In this document: piece after piece, positions 50,411-62,703 of the stretch
Layout of the letters: each line of letters begins with the position of its first letter
Position numbering within the stretch: the first letter of the stretch is position 1
From: Paraspadella gotoi
Lineage: Eukaryota; Animalia; Chaetognatha
Reading direction: 5' to 3'
Assembly (NCBI GenBank): GCA_051294375.1
Contig: CM119265.1
Span: forward strand, 8,254,772-8,318,771
Length of the DNA: 64,000 bases
Notes under the pieces: model-generated
What the model saw: the letters and a program-made list of their open reading frames with translations, nothing else
Told to the model about the DNA's origin: nothing
The model's database searches: none
Position numbers and translations under genes: made by a program

Positions 50411-50690
50411 TATATTGGTTGTACCAATTTCATAGCAAAAATCTGGACCTATGACAAACTTTGATACTCAAAAAATCAAATTTCATACAGGAAGACAAAG
50501 TTTTATAAATAACAAACGACTTAATATATAGATTTTTTAAAAAATATTAGTGATTCGACGCACATATTCAACAATAATAATTACAAGCGATAGCGACGAT
50601 AAAAAGAACTTGACAAACAGAATAACAAAATCAATTCGAAGCCTAATAAAGACAACTCGATGCTATGGGAATCTACACTCCCAAAAGCAC

Positions 50691-51429
<739 letters not shown>

Positions 51430-51616
51430 TTAAAAATGGTGTGCGAAGCCCATTTACAGTACTGGTGGATACTAGCTGTAAATATGCGTCCAAACATTTC
51501 ATTTTTTAAGGAAATACCCAATAGAAAAAAGGCGATGATAGTCGAAAGGAATAATTCATTGACTAGAAGAATTCAGAGCGTGTGCTCTTTCCGATTCTCG
51601 CTCACAAGCCGAGATT

Positions 51617-54112
51617 TTATGCACTGGCGATCAGCGAAGTTTGCTGACTGAGAAGCGCCAGAGAATGTTCCGTTGAAAGCTTGTGAATCCCGAACTCGGC
51701 GAGAGAGTCGCGAGCGCCCTCCCCGCCGTCAGAACCTAACAGACCACCGGCGTTGGAGGCGTTGCGGAACGAAACTATCGTATCTTTCAAAAGACGCGCC
51801 GACCCCAGCGGCAGCGTCAAAAGGGTGAAGGCCTCCTTGACCTCCTTAAAGTAGTTTTCTGGTTTGGCCGTGAATTCGGCGAAGACGGGAAACAAGTTGC
51901 GCTCCATGTCGTACTTGAGCTGCGCCGCGCCGCCTTCGCTAAAATGATTGGGGAGGATGACTTCCTCATAAATGTACTTGTTCAAGTCCCTAGCGATACG
52001 CTGCCAGATTAGGGTCATGTTGGGGGGAGACAGATAGAGGCCGAGTATGTGAAATCGTGATTTGAGGATGAGAAGCATTTCGCACGCGGAAGACGAGAGG
52101 TTTGGGGAGACCCAGTCGGAAGTTGGAGGAATCTGCAACCACTTTTCCTTTTTGTAGGCTTGAGACCGGGATTTGACTTCGATCATGACCGCATAGACGA
52201 TGTCTTTAAGCATCGTCTTACGAAGATGATCGTATGTTTGTATGATTTTGTCAAAAATGCTCTTGGCCGTCCCGTCAGAGGGATCCGCTGCAGTAGGATC
52301 AAAGAGTAGTTTGTCTTTCAAAATTTCGCCCGACAAATCGCTGACTTTCAAGCGTTCCGAGAAAAGGGACAACGCAGAAAAAGTGTAGCTTTTGCTAGTT
52401 TCCAAGGCTGACACACTTACGTCAGTAACAGTGGCCGTGTTAGTCGTCATTTCTACCGGAACGACGCTGGTATCGGCCACCATAGAGGCGTACTGTTCAT
52501 TGTACCAGCTCAGTTGAATGTAGTGGGGATGCTCGCGCCAGTCTTGCAAAACGGTGAGAACGTAGTGAATTCCGTTGAGAACTGAAGTAAACTTGATGCC
52601 CATTGGGTTTCCCTTTTCCCCGCCCTTCACTTGCGTCATTCGGAGGTGAAAATCTTCCAAGAGATTAAGTTGCAGCTCAAGAAAGTGAAGTTTCGGCAAA
52701 GGCCCAGGTAGCATGACGCTCCGCTCCTTGAGGACGTGAAGCTGAGTCACGAAACTCTCGGTGCATTCGGGAACTCGTAAACAGGTGCCGTCATCGCTCG
52801 CCGAGAAGAGGAGAGCGTCGGCCGACGCGTCCGTTAGCACAGTCTGTGGTGACTTCCAAGCGGAGGGCGACGCCAGCATCGAGTCTATTCGCTCCTGGGC
52901 GAATTTCTTCTCCACGGTGATCCATCGCTGAAAGGCTTTTTCCTCGCAGAGAATATGGAGGACAGAAGGAAATACGGAAGGATAGTCGTAACCTTCCACG
53001 AGGGAACGATGAAAGAAGAGCGCCTCGTTGACGGTGTGACAGAAGAGGGATTCGTCGTAGAGCAATTCCGGAATGTCGGACTGGAGCTTCTCCATCACCA
53101 TGAGCGACATGCCGCGGATAAACTCCGCTTTGGCTTTGATGCGAGTTCTGCTGATCCGATCAAAGGCCGGTTGTATTATCTCGTCGAAAGTGTTTGCGTG
53201 GACACTTAGCCAGGAGAGCGCTTGGCTAAAATACCATTCCGGTTTGCTCAGATTATTGGTCGGCCGGTCACCGAAAAAGTGAAATTTAAATCTTTTCTTA
53301 AGAGGATTCAGTACGAATTGCATGGGGAGCGAGAAGGGTTCCAACGAACAGCCGAAAACCGACAACTTGTGCAGCATCGTTTTCGGGAGGCCGCAAGACA
53401 CGCCGAAGGAAGCCGGTAGCTGTACGTTTAACAATTGCGACAAAACTGTTTCGAAACTCGCTCTGTTTGCTGGCGAAACGTTTGTAACCGTCTGACCGGG
53501 GTTAGACGGACCCTCCACCACCGGATAGCCAAGAATTTTTAAATTCTTTTCCAATACCTGCGCTAGTTTTTCTTTGATGATGTCGTACCAATACAGGACA
53601 GTATCTCTAGCAAAATTGTAGAGAAAATAACACGATGTCGAGGAGAGGTGTTGACTCAAATCGACGAGTTCGGAAAAGGCATCAACGCCCGAAGTCATCG
53701 ATCCGGCTAAGAGCGAAGTTTGAATACTCGCGCTGATTTCTTCCACCTTCATTATCCAATGTAAGTATGAGAGATATTTTTCGACGTGTTGAATTTCGCG
53801 CGTTCTACCCTGCAAGCTGGGAAGCAATGGCAAGCATTTTTCCAGGTGTTGCTCGGTTCGTTGGTGAAGATATTCGCATTGATTGATGAGTTCCGCAATA
53901 GATTTCTCCGCGTCTTTTCCTTCGCTAACGGCCGAATTGATTTTGGTTGGAATCTCCTGATTTGCCAATGCCACCTGCTTTGAAAGCTGATCTCTTTGTT
54001 TTTCGAGTTCCGCTCGCAGTTTCTCTATCTTGGAAAAGGATTTGAGATCTTTTCCCAAGTTTCGGTTTATAAAGGCAATGGCCTCTCCTTTGGCGGAAGA
54101 GTTGGACTCCAT
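51617..54112 (-). CDS. RINT1: RAD50-interacting protein 1 / Tip20 (single exon, 831 aa)
   Basis: PLKKRFKFHFFGDRPTNNLSKPEWYFSQ, LFCHTVNEALFF, HFSEGGAAQLKYDMERNLFPVF...KPENYFKEVKEA. Confidence 0.95.
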   Translation of the reverse strand: MESNSSAKGEAIAFINRNLGKDLKSFSKIEKLRAELEKQRDQLSKQVALANQEIPTKINSAVSEGKDAEKSIAELINQCEYLHQRTEQHLEKCLPLLPSLQGRTREIQHVEKYLSYLHWIMKVEEISASIQTSLLAGSMTSGVDAFSELVDLSQHLSSTSCYFLYNFARDTVLYWYDIIKEKLAQVLEKNLKILGYPVVEGPSNPGQTVTNVSPANRASFETVLSQLLNVQLPASFGVSCGLPKTMLHKLSVFGCSLEPFSLPMQFVLNPLKKRFKFHFFGDRPTNNLSKPEWYFSQALSWLSVHANTFDEIIQPAFDRISRTRIKAKAEFIRGMSLMVMEKLQSDIPELLYDESLFCHTVNEALFFHRSLVEGYDYPSVFPSVLHILCEEKAFQRWITVEKKFAQERIDSMLASPSAWKSPQTVLTDASADALLFSASDDGTCLRVPECTESFVTQLHVLKERSVMLPGPLPKLHFLELQLNLLEDFHLRMTQVKGGEKGNPMGIKFTSVLNGIHYVLTVLQDWREHPHYIQLSWYNEQYASMVADTSVVPVEMTTNTATVTDVSVSALETSKSYTFSALSLFSERLKVSDLSGEILKDKLLFDPTAADPSDGTAKSIFDKIIQTYDHLRKTMLKDIVYAVMIEVKSRSQAYKKEKWLQIPPTSDWVSPNLSSSACEMLLILKSRFHILGLYLSPPNMTLIWQRIARDLNKYIYEEVILPNHFSEGGAAQLKYDMERNLFPVFAEFTAKPENYFKEVKEAFTLLTLPLGSARLLKDTIVSFRNASNAGGLLGSDGGEGARDSLAEFGIHKLSTEHSLALLSQQTSLIASA

Positions 54113-54437
54113 GTTTGCATAGGCAATCTTTAAGAAGAGTTAACAAGAAAACGATAGCGAATTTAATTGATAAATACAATCAAATCACAGTAATCAAACG
54201 TCACGGTTCCCTAGACACCCCGTAAAAGAAAATAGAAATAACCCATTTTTGAAACACAAAAAAAAAATGAAAAATATAATGTTTTTACTACATCGTAGTG
54301 AAGTCGAAAAATTCTGACCCAAGAAAGTTTTTATTTTAATTGAATTTTAAAGTTTTGTTATAATTTTTCATACAAAATAATGAGAATAGCAGCACCATGA
54401 ACTGCTACGAATTGGATAAATTAACTAAGCATCGAGT

Positions 54438-57031
54438 TCAGGTGCCTGAATCTTGTGGTTCTAAAATATTCTCCTGCGTTTCAACGACAGTTTCTTGCGT
54501 AATCACTTCCGTTTGCGGCGTTTCAAAAATCGTCTCCTCCGTTCCATCATTTCCCTCTGAAGTTTCCCGCGTTACCGCTTCGTTTTCAAGAATTTGTTTC
54601 ACTTCTGTCTCTTGGTTTTCGTTTCGAACCAAGCCGCCCATTCCCTGTCCGCTCGCTTCCTCTTCGCTTCCAAAGAGCAAGGGGGAATCGTCAAACAAAT
54701 TCGGCGACACTGACTCTTGACTTTCACTCATCTCTTTCTCCACCCACTCCATCAGAAAAGATATCAAATTCTTCTTTGAAAATTTGCCGGTGTCGACGTC
54801 GGCGGAACCGAAGAGGCTGTCGACCTCGATAAAGAACTTGAACAAAGTGCCCACAGTGACGTCGTTTTCCGTCAAGAAAGAGTGCACCTTGTGCAGGTCG
54901 CGCGCAAGCTGGACGTCGCCAAAGGTGAAGTAGGCCAGGTCCCTCCCCGTCTCCGCGGCGGCCATCATCTGGATGAGACTCTTTAGGTAAGGATCGCCGC
55001 CAAAGGCTCCGCATCCCCAGTTTCCCGTGGCGACGGCGCTAAGGTTACTCGTGTCGACACCAGGGCGGACGAAAGCGGCATATGCCTTGTTCAACTCTCT
55101 CTTGACGCACTTAAGGGCGTATTGACGGGAGGACCAGTTAAATCGCAGGGCATCCATGGCGACGACTTCCGTGCTTAGTCGGCCCCAGGCGTCGCGTCGC
55201 GTTCGATCCTGAAAATTCCCGCGCCATTCAAAAGTGTCCGCATAACCGACGTAGTTGGAGTATCTTTCGGCGCCGATGACGATAAGGCACTCGTCACCGT
55301 CCAATTCCTCAGCCACCAACTGACTGACGATGAGTTCTGGACACATAAGGAACCTGATCTCCTCTTGGACGCAGCCTTCCCCGAGGGTCCCGCCCCCTAA
55401 GTACTTGTTGGCAAAGTCGACCTGGAGAAGACCGTCCGCGCCTTCGATCGTCCCTTCTGAATGGGGAAGAGTAAAAACAAATATTTGATTGAGTTAATTA
55501 AATTCCACATAAAGTCAAATGAAACCCACCGGCAGAAACATACAAACGCGGAATTCGCTTTTCACTCTCCTTCCACTCGGGCGTCTGCGTGACCTTCTGA
55601 CGAATGAAAGTGATAGTCCCCGTCGGCTCCCTATCCGTAACCCTCTCAAAGTAGTGAAGCAGGGCTCGAAGTTTCTCGCACTTTCCCCTGGAGTTCCATT
55701 CGTCGAAAAGTCGGTTAAAGTTGATCTCGGGAAACGAGGCGAACTCGCTGGCGCGGTGCTGCGAATTTCGGCGAGGAAAGGTGCAGAAGAAAGCGTTGGC
55801 AAGCAGCGCCGCGCACTGGCGCTGGGTGAGAGTTAGACGCCGATTTCCCGCCGCGTCGAGTTTGCGTAGGAGCGGCGGCGGGGTGGTACAGACCTCGGGA
55901 AGAGAGAGGCATAGGGCGATCATCTTGGGCATAAGGGTTTGGAAGAGGGAGCGAGACTCTTCCCGCGTCAGCCTCTCGCCAAAGTAAGAGTGAAGAGAGC
56001 GAAAATTCCAACGGTCTTTGTAATGTGGATTGTAGTAGAGGATAGCTTCTTTCAGATCAAAGCTGGAGCAAAAGTTGTCGCTGAGGGACCCGACGATAAG
56101 CTCCCAACGACTTTGAAGGCCCGACTTAGTGGGGCACAAGTTTTTAGGGGAGCACGGCATGCGGACATGGTATGAATCCCACTGGTCCGAGTATTTGGAG
56201 GGAAACGGACGCGGGGGTTCGCCTTAAAAGGGGAGGAAGATTTGGGCGAATAAAGCTTTCATTATGTGATGATGTAGGTAGAACTCTCCCTGTCTCTCTC
56301 TTTCTCTCTCTCTTTTCTGAGGTTTAAACATCCCTTTACCTTGACGTATATGTGGACGGAACATGATGAAATGAGATCGGGATTCGGGCCTTAATTCTCC
56401 CAAGGGCGCGCTGCATTCCGGTGTCCTTAGGAGATCCGTCAGCGGCGTTCCGAACGTCTTCTGCGACAGAGATCCCTGCCTTAAGGAAGGTAAACTAAGG
56501 AATAATTCATACGCCCAGAGGTTAAGCATGAGCGAGCCGTCGGCACCTGTTATCCGTTTCGATCTCGAAGTCGGCCATGTCTGGTCCAGAGGAGAAATCG
56601 GTCTCTACGACCTTCGGGCTTTCCAAAAGCGGAGGGGAATTGTCGTCGTCGTCTTCGTCTTCGCGCGGGGGCGACTGGGGCTCCTCGTCCGAATCGCACA
56701 TATCGATCACCACGTGCTTCGTCAACGAGTCCTTCGAAGGCCCGGCTATCTCAGCTTCCGGCGCCGTCGCGTTGGACGAACACGCGCCAGCGACGGATGG
56801 GGCCTCAAGAGTAACAGAGTCAAGGGCTTCCGGCGCGCCGTCCCTCGGTTTAGAGATGGGCGTCTTTGTAGCGTCGGCGTTCATGGCGACGCGAGAAAGA
56901 AAAAATTTTTCAAGATTTGTCTGTTTGAGGCAATTAGAAGCGAGAGGCCCGTGCTTGGACGAGTCGCGCTTGAAGCTCTTGGCTAGATTGGCGCGCTTCG
57001 TCTCCAAAGAGGGCGGCGACAACGTCTTCAT
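54438..57031 (-). CDS. PARG: Poly(ADP-ribose) glycohydrolase (start approximate)
   Basis: WDSYHVRMPCS, LLANAFFCTFPRRN, catalytic loop VDFANKYLGGGTLGEGCVQEEIRFLMCPEL, RELNKAY, VATGNWGCGAFGGD; PIP-like KQTNLEKFF in the N-terminus. Confidence 0.95.
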
Positions 57032-57549
57032 GGTGGACGAAATCGCGGAGAGCGGACATCCCTCGGGGGCAAAGACGAAAGCGCCGCGCCCACTGCGCGC
57101 AGAGGGGATGAGAAATCGCGAGGTAGCAAAAAGAAGTGTGGTTGAAGACGATGAGACACAGAAAGGTTGGTTGGGTTTGGCGTAGCCAGGGAAAAAGGAT
57201 AACATGGAATTGAAAGAGAGGAATTAAAATTCGTCTGATTCTAACGAAAGAGAAAACCTGATAGGAGGAAGAGGATCACGTGACCGGGACAGAAGTAGAA
57301 AGAACGAGACGAGCAGAAACATGTGAACATTGTTTAGTCGGGAGGAACGCCGTCACAGCCCAGCCAAAACCGGGGCCTTCCTTCACCTTTTATACGCATA
57401 TCTTCACCGTTCGCGACTTCAAATTAATAGATTATTCAACACGGCAACATATCTTGTTAAAAGATAAAAATTTCAGGTATTTTTAGATGAATAAGTAAAA
57501 TGCGGTATAAACGCGCGACTTCGTTATTTTATAATTGTAAAATTATATT

Positions 57550-58003
57550 GGGAGATCCAGCTTTTTGGGACTGAATTAACAATTGCGTTTGGATGGGTAT
57601 TCATTGGGAATGCTGCTATTCTTAACATTATTTTTGCTGTCAGAAAATCCACAGTTCTGGAAAAGATGCGCGAGACATCCTGCTTCTCTAATCTCTATCC
57701 TACATTTTTATTATTTGGGGGGATTGTAGGAAAAAAAACTGAGCGGTTAAAAATTTAGAAATTATCATCTTCATCTTGATTTTCGCTAAAATTTATCAAA
57801 ATTTTGTATAGAACCGGGGTAAAAAAATATGATATGTTATGCAAAAAGCATCTATTGCACGAGTTGCTGCTAGAATTTCCAGACATTTTCAACATCGATT
57901 GAAAGTAAAATTAACCTAATTTCGAAATATAATCTTTTTTTCTGTTATCCTAAACCGTTTTTTTACTGTAAGTACTTGTAGTCCCAATAATGCTGGACCT
58001 CCC
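57550..58003. mobile_element. MITE with ~23-bp TIRs
   Basis: GGGAGATCCAGCTTTTTGGGACT ... AGTCCCAATAATGCTGGACCTCCC. Confidence 0.7.
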
Positions 58004-58184
58004 TTTATTGATAGATTTAATCATACGTAAATACCAAACAAGCTTCATAAAAATCATTTCTGTATCTCATACGTATATAAAAATTTGAATCGGAATATTT
58101 AACATTTTTCGGCAGATCGACTTTTTCTTATCAACAAGCCTTTTTGGGTCAGCATCTTTTCTAATTTAATACGCAAATGGTCAC

Positions 58185-58656
58185 TCTTGCATAACTACTG
58201 ACAGGACTAGAAAAAACAAAACAATTTTACTTTTTTATGGGGTGAAGTATTCACAAGAAATAGAGAAAAACATTATTTGATATTTTTTGTAATTGATGCA
58301 TAAGCCATACATGTAATCATATCTGTTTGGAATCCGGTTGGTCCATTCTATTAGTCAAATTTTTATGTGTTGAGCTGTTACAGAAAATTTATATAGTGAA
58401 TACTTCACCCCATAAAAAAGTAAAATTGTTTTGTTTCTCTAATGTTTTTCTTGCATAACTACTGACAGGACTAGAAAAAACAAAACAATTTTACTTTTTT
58501 ATGGGGTGAAGTATTCACTATATAAATTTTCTGTAACAGCTCAACACATAAAAATTTGACTAATAGAATGGACCAACCGGATTCCAAACAGATATGATTA
58601 CATGTATGGCTTATGCATCAATTACAAAAAATATCAAATAATGTTTTTCTCTATTT
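58185..58656. repeat. Combined direct and inverted duplication
   Basis: 58185-58253 is repeated directly at 58449-58518; ~58257-58435 is the reverse complement of ~58477-58656. Confidence 0.85.
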
Positions 58657-60038
58657 CCACAATTTCACTTTTCCTGGTTAGTTCTGACAACTGGTTATTA
58701 AAAAAATTAAAAGACTTAAAATCCAGGGAAAGGAATCAAAATTAAGTCCCTGTAGACTTAAAATTGAACTTAACTAATCATAAGAATAAAATCGATAAGA
58801 TTTGCCTTAGGGGTTACAACCTTTTACTTGAAAAAAATTATAGCCCTCCTTTAAAAACAACCGCTGACAAATTCACACTAAAAAAAAAAAGCATTAACAT
58901 TTTTCTGATCCTGCCTGGATTTAAACGCGTAGCATTCTAATTTAACTTTATATCTGTGGCTGCGTGTCTTCCACTTTCTAATTTTATAAATTTTTTTTCA
59001 ATCCTAGTTAAACTTTCTTTAATTATTAATTTTTAGTCAGCGTTGAAAAATTTTACAGAAAAATCTCAGAATCAACTAATTCAAATTTCAAACTTGAATG
59101 CACAATTGATTATTAGCCAAAACTAGTCAAATAACTAAATTAATAATTTTCTCCAGTTTTAAACTGTTTCTACTGTTTTCATTTTAATCTGTATGATATA
59201 ATGATAATTTTCAGAAAAATATATAATTTTTTTATATATATTATTATATTATTATTATATTTTCTATATATTCTATAAATTTATTCTATTTTCTATAAAA
59301 GGGAATGGCAAATACTAACGTCTGATCTGACTTATTATTCAAAAGTTTAAACGAGGACCGATCTGTCTTACTTTCGTCGCCTGGGCCGGCAAAGAAACTC
59401 GTCCTACTTTTTCAGCTGATCCCAGTGGCGAGTAGCCAGACGATTCAATCAACCTTTCAACTTCTCCATTCTTATCTTTCTTTTTTCTCGTGGGGGAGAA
59501 GTAGTAACTAAAACTTTAATAAGGTTACTCTGTTTTTTTTTATAAATATATCCAGAAAACCAGAATTTTGTTGGATCGATTTCGGAGTTTCGCGCGTTTC
59601 AGATCACTTTAACAACTTGCTTGGTTCAATCTTAAGATCGACGCGTTAAGGACATCCGTACTAAAATAACGAACTTATCAACTTCTAAAATCGATCAAAA
59701 GACAGACAAAATCATTTTTGTTCTAGTGTTGATTCACTTATGCTGGCCGGCAAAAAAAAAAACGAACAAAAAATCGTTAAATTAAAAAACGTGAAATCAC
59801 CTTACTATTTATTGTATGCAAAAAACAAAATTACCTGTTTCCCTATCTTTTATTTTTATATTTTTTAATATTAATATCAAGGTTTTAATATTTAATTTAT
59901 ATTATTTAATTACATGTATATAGTTTTTTTTTAATTTTTCTACTTATCTTTATATCTAATATTTTATTTTTGGGAGGGGTATTAATGGTATTAATGGTTG
60001 CATCTATGAAATTGGTACAACCAATATAATAATTATCC

Positions 60039-60272
60039 TATGGAGGACGAAAATCCACCAACCGTTCATCAGCGGCCATTGGTGCCGGAGGCAAGTCATT
60101 CGCCTCCCAACCCAAAGGTCCGGGGTTCTAGCCCGGTGGTCGCCTAGCAGTTAAGAGGGACGGGGCGCTTAACCCGCCTGTAACTCGGTGTTACAGCCTG
60201 ATCCGAAGCTCAGGGACTGCTTATATCGAACGGTTCTGTCACTAACACATGACAAATATCACTGTCTCTTCA
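60039..60272 (+). mobile_element. tRNA-derived SINE-like repeat, copy 2, inserted into repeat B
   Basis: Matches 3714-3930 and interrupts repeat B at AATTATCC|ATTC with an apparent ATCC duplication. Confidence 0.75.
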
Positions 60273-60849
60273 ATCCATTCATTTAATAAATAAGCTCTCT
60301 TGCCCCTGACTTTGGACTATATAACACAAGGTTAGAGTACAATCTGTCCTATTATATGTATAATTGGTCCTAAAAAGCTTCCATATATAGCTTCCGTATA
60401 TTATATATATGTCTATATATATGTACATAATATTGGCGATATACATTTAATAATTAAATAAAACGTTTCTTGTTCATAAATTTGGAAGGGCTACATTATA
60501 TATATACACATTAATCAACTGATAACAAAACACGTTAAAAGTCAAAGCAAAAATTATATTGTAAAATTTTATTATATGAAGTTGGTCGACCAATATAAAT
60601 ATATTATATTATCTTTCCTTACTTTTTTCAGGTATTAAGGACGTCTTTTCGATAAGCAAAATGAAATCATATAGTTTCAAGCAGATAAAAACCTCATATG
60701 GTAAGTGCTCGGAAATATTCATTGTAAGAAGAAACTAAAACGCGTTTGCAAGAAAACTGTATTCACTGCTTTCAATTGGCAGACAATGAAAAAATTTAAC
60801 GACATGGCTCCCAATCATTGGTTCGCGTTTCGTCAATAATTTGCAAAAA

Positions 60850-62703
60850 ATGGGCAACTCCAAAAGCGCAGCATTTGGGAGAAGAACTAACCGAGGTCCA
60901 GTCTATTGTGACGCAGCGTGCCTTAGGAGAGTTTGTCAAGAGATAACACCTCCTGGTAGAAAAAACCGAGTCTTATTTAAAGGTGTTCCAAATCATCAAT
61001 TTCAAGGACTAATGATTCCACAAAATCATTATGACGAAGTATACTCCAAAATTTTACTAGGTAGGTAATGTTCTGGAAATTGAAACGCGCGATTTTTTCA
61101 GTTTTTAAAAATACGATGACATAATCCACTATCAAGTTTATTTTTATAGTAAATACATAATTACATATGACATATCCCTCTCCCCGTTACATAAAATATT
61201 AAATAAATGTGTCAGGAACAAACGCTTGTGGAATCTAATACTAATAATAAATCTAATAATAAATAAATCTAATAATAAATCTAATACTTATGAAATTGAT
61301 ACAACCATTATAGAAATTATCCATTTATTTAATAAATAAGCTATCTTATGTGAGATATATTCAACTTTTATATTCATTTTAATATTTTTTTCTATTTTAA
61401 TATAATATAGTAAAACAATCTTGCAATTTTTAATAATTTTTATTATTAAACAGGCGATAATACCCTTCCAAGGCATCCTAAAGAATGTAAAGAACTAGGA
61501 ATTACTCATATATTGAATGCTGCTCAAGGAAATAAATTTGGTCAAGTAGATACGAATGAAAGCCTCTATACTCCTTATGGCCTGTATTTTTATGGTATAG
61601 AGGCGCAAGATAACGAAAAGTTTAACCTTGCATCACACTTTTATAAAGGTGAATAATAAGCAGATATTCAACAAAAAAAATTGTCAAGATTCTACTCCAA
61701 ATCCTTTTATTTAATAGGGGCCGATTTTATCGAAAGTGCATTAAGCGGAGGAGGAAAAATACTGGTCCATTGCGTTCAAGGAATTTCACGATCTGCAACT
61801 ATCGTATGTGCCTTTCTAATGATTAAAAAAGGAATGACTGCAGAGCATGCAATGAAGTCAGTGAGGTCAAAAAGGGAAATATTTCCAAATCAAGGTAATC
61901 ATTGCAGTTTATAATGATGAGTTTCTGATCAATTCATGTATTAAATAATCATCTTGATTTTAGGGTTTTTGCGTCAACTCTGTGAACTTAATGACCGAAT
62001 TCAAGCTGAGAAGTTAATAGAAAAATCGCTTAGTCGGACTCCTTCGATTTGTTCAGATCTGCTAAAACATAACTCTCAGAGCGACAGTCCTGTCAAAAAA
62101 ACAAAAGGAACTAGTAAGATTAGCCAACATTACTCGTTCTTCCTGAAAGGTTCCAGCACAACTTCACCAGGAAAAAAGCAAGGATTTATTCTCAGGAGAT
62201 ACTCGTCACAAAAAAGTAAACGATCGAAAGATAATGAGTTCAAAACTGAAAACAGCGATTTACATTTGCGAACCGAAGAGAAAATGCTGCCCGCAAGATC
62301 TTTCACATCATCAGTAGTTCATCAACTCACCAACAGTTGTGGCATCGAGGAACTAGACCAATCACCATCTTTACCGAACATAAGCGTCCAGAATCCGGCA
62401 CAAATCAAACTCGAATACCCTCCAACTCAGGAACATATTAACCCGAAGTCTTCAAATTCTCACATTGAAACTTCCAATAGTCAAATTGAAATCGATGATT
62501 TGAAACACGTAGCTATCATTCACAATCTTACGACAAGTGAAGAAGATAGTCGAAACCTAGCAAGCCATTTTCAATGTGCTGCAAGCATTAACGATCCTAG
62601 CAATCTCGTGATAGGCTCTGAAAAGAGCTCGAATCTTAAGAAAGAATCTGATTCTGCAGCGGTGAACTTTTCTCAGTCGGAAAACAGTGATAATGGACAA
62701 TGA
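60850..62703 (+). CDS. Atypical dual-specificity phosphatase (DUSP3/13/29-like) with long Ser-rich tail
   Basis: YDEVYSKILLG|D...LGITHILNAAQG, GIEAQD, catalytic ILVHCVQGISRSAT, REIFPNQ|GFLRQL; N-terminal MGNSKS. Confidence 0.92.
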
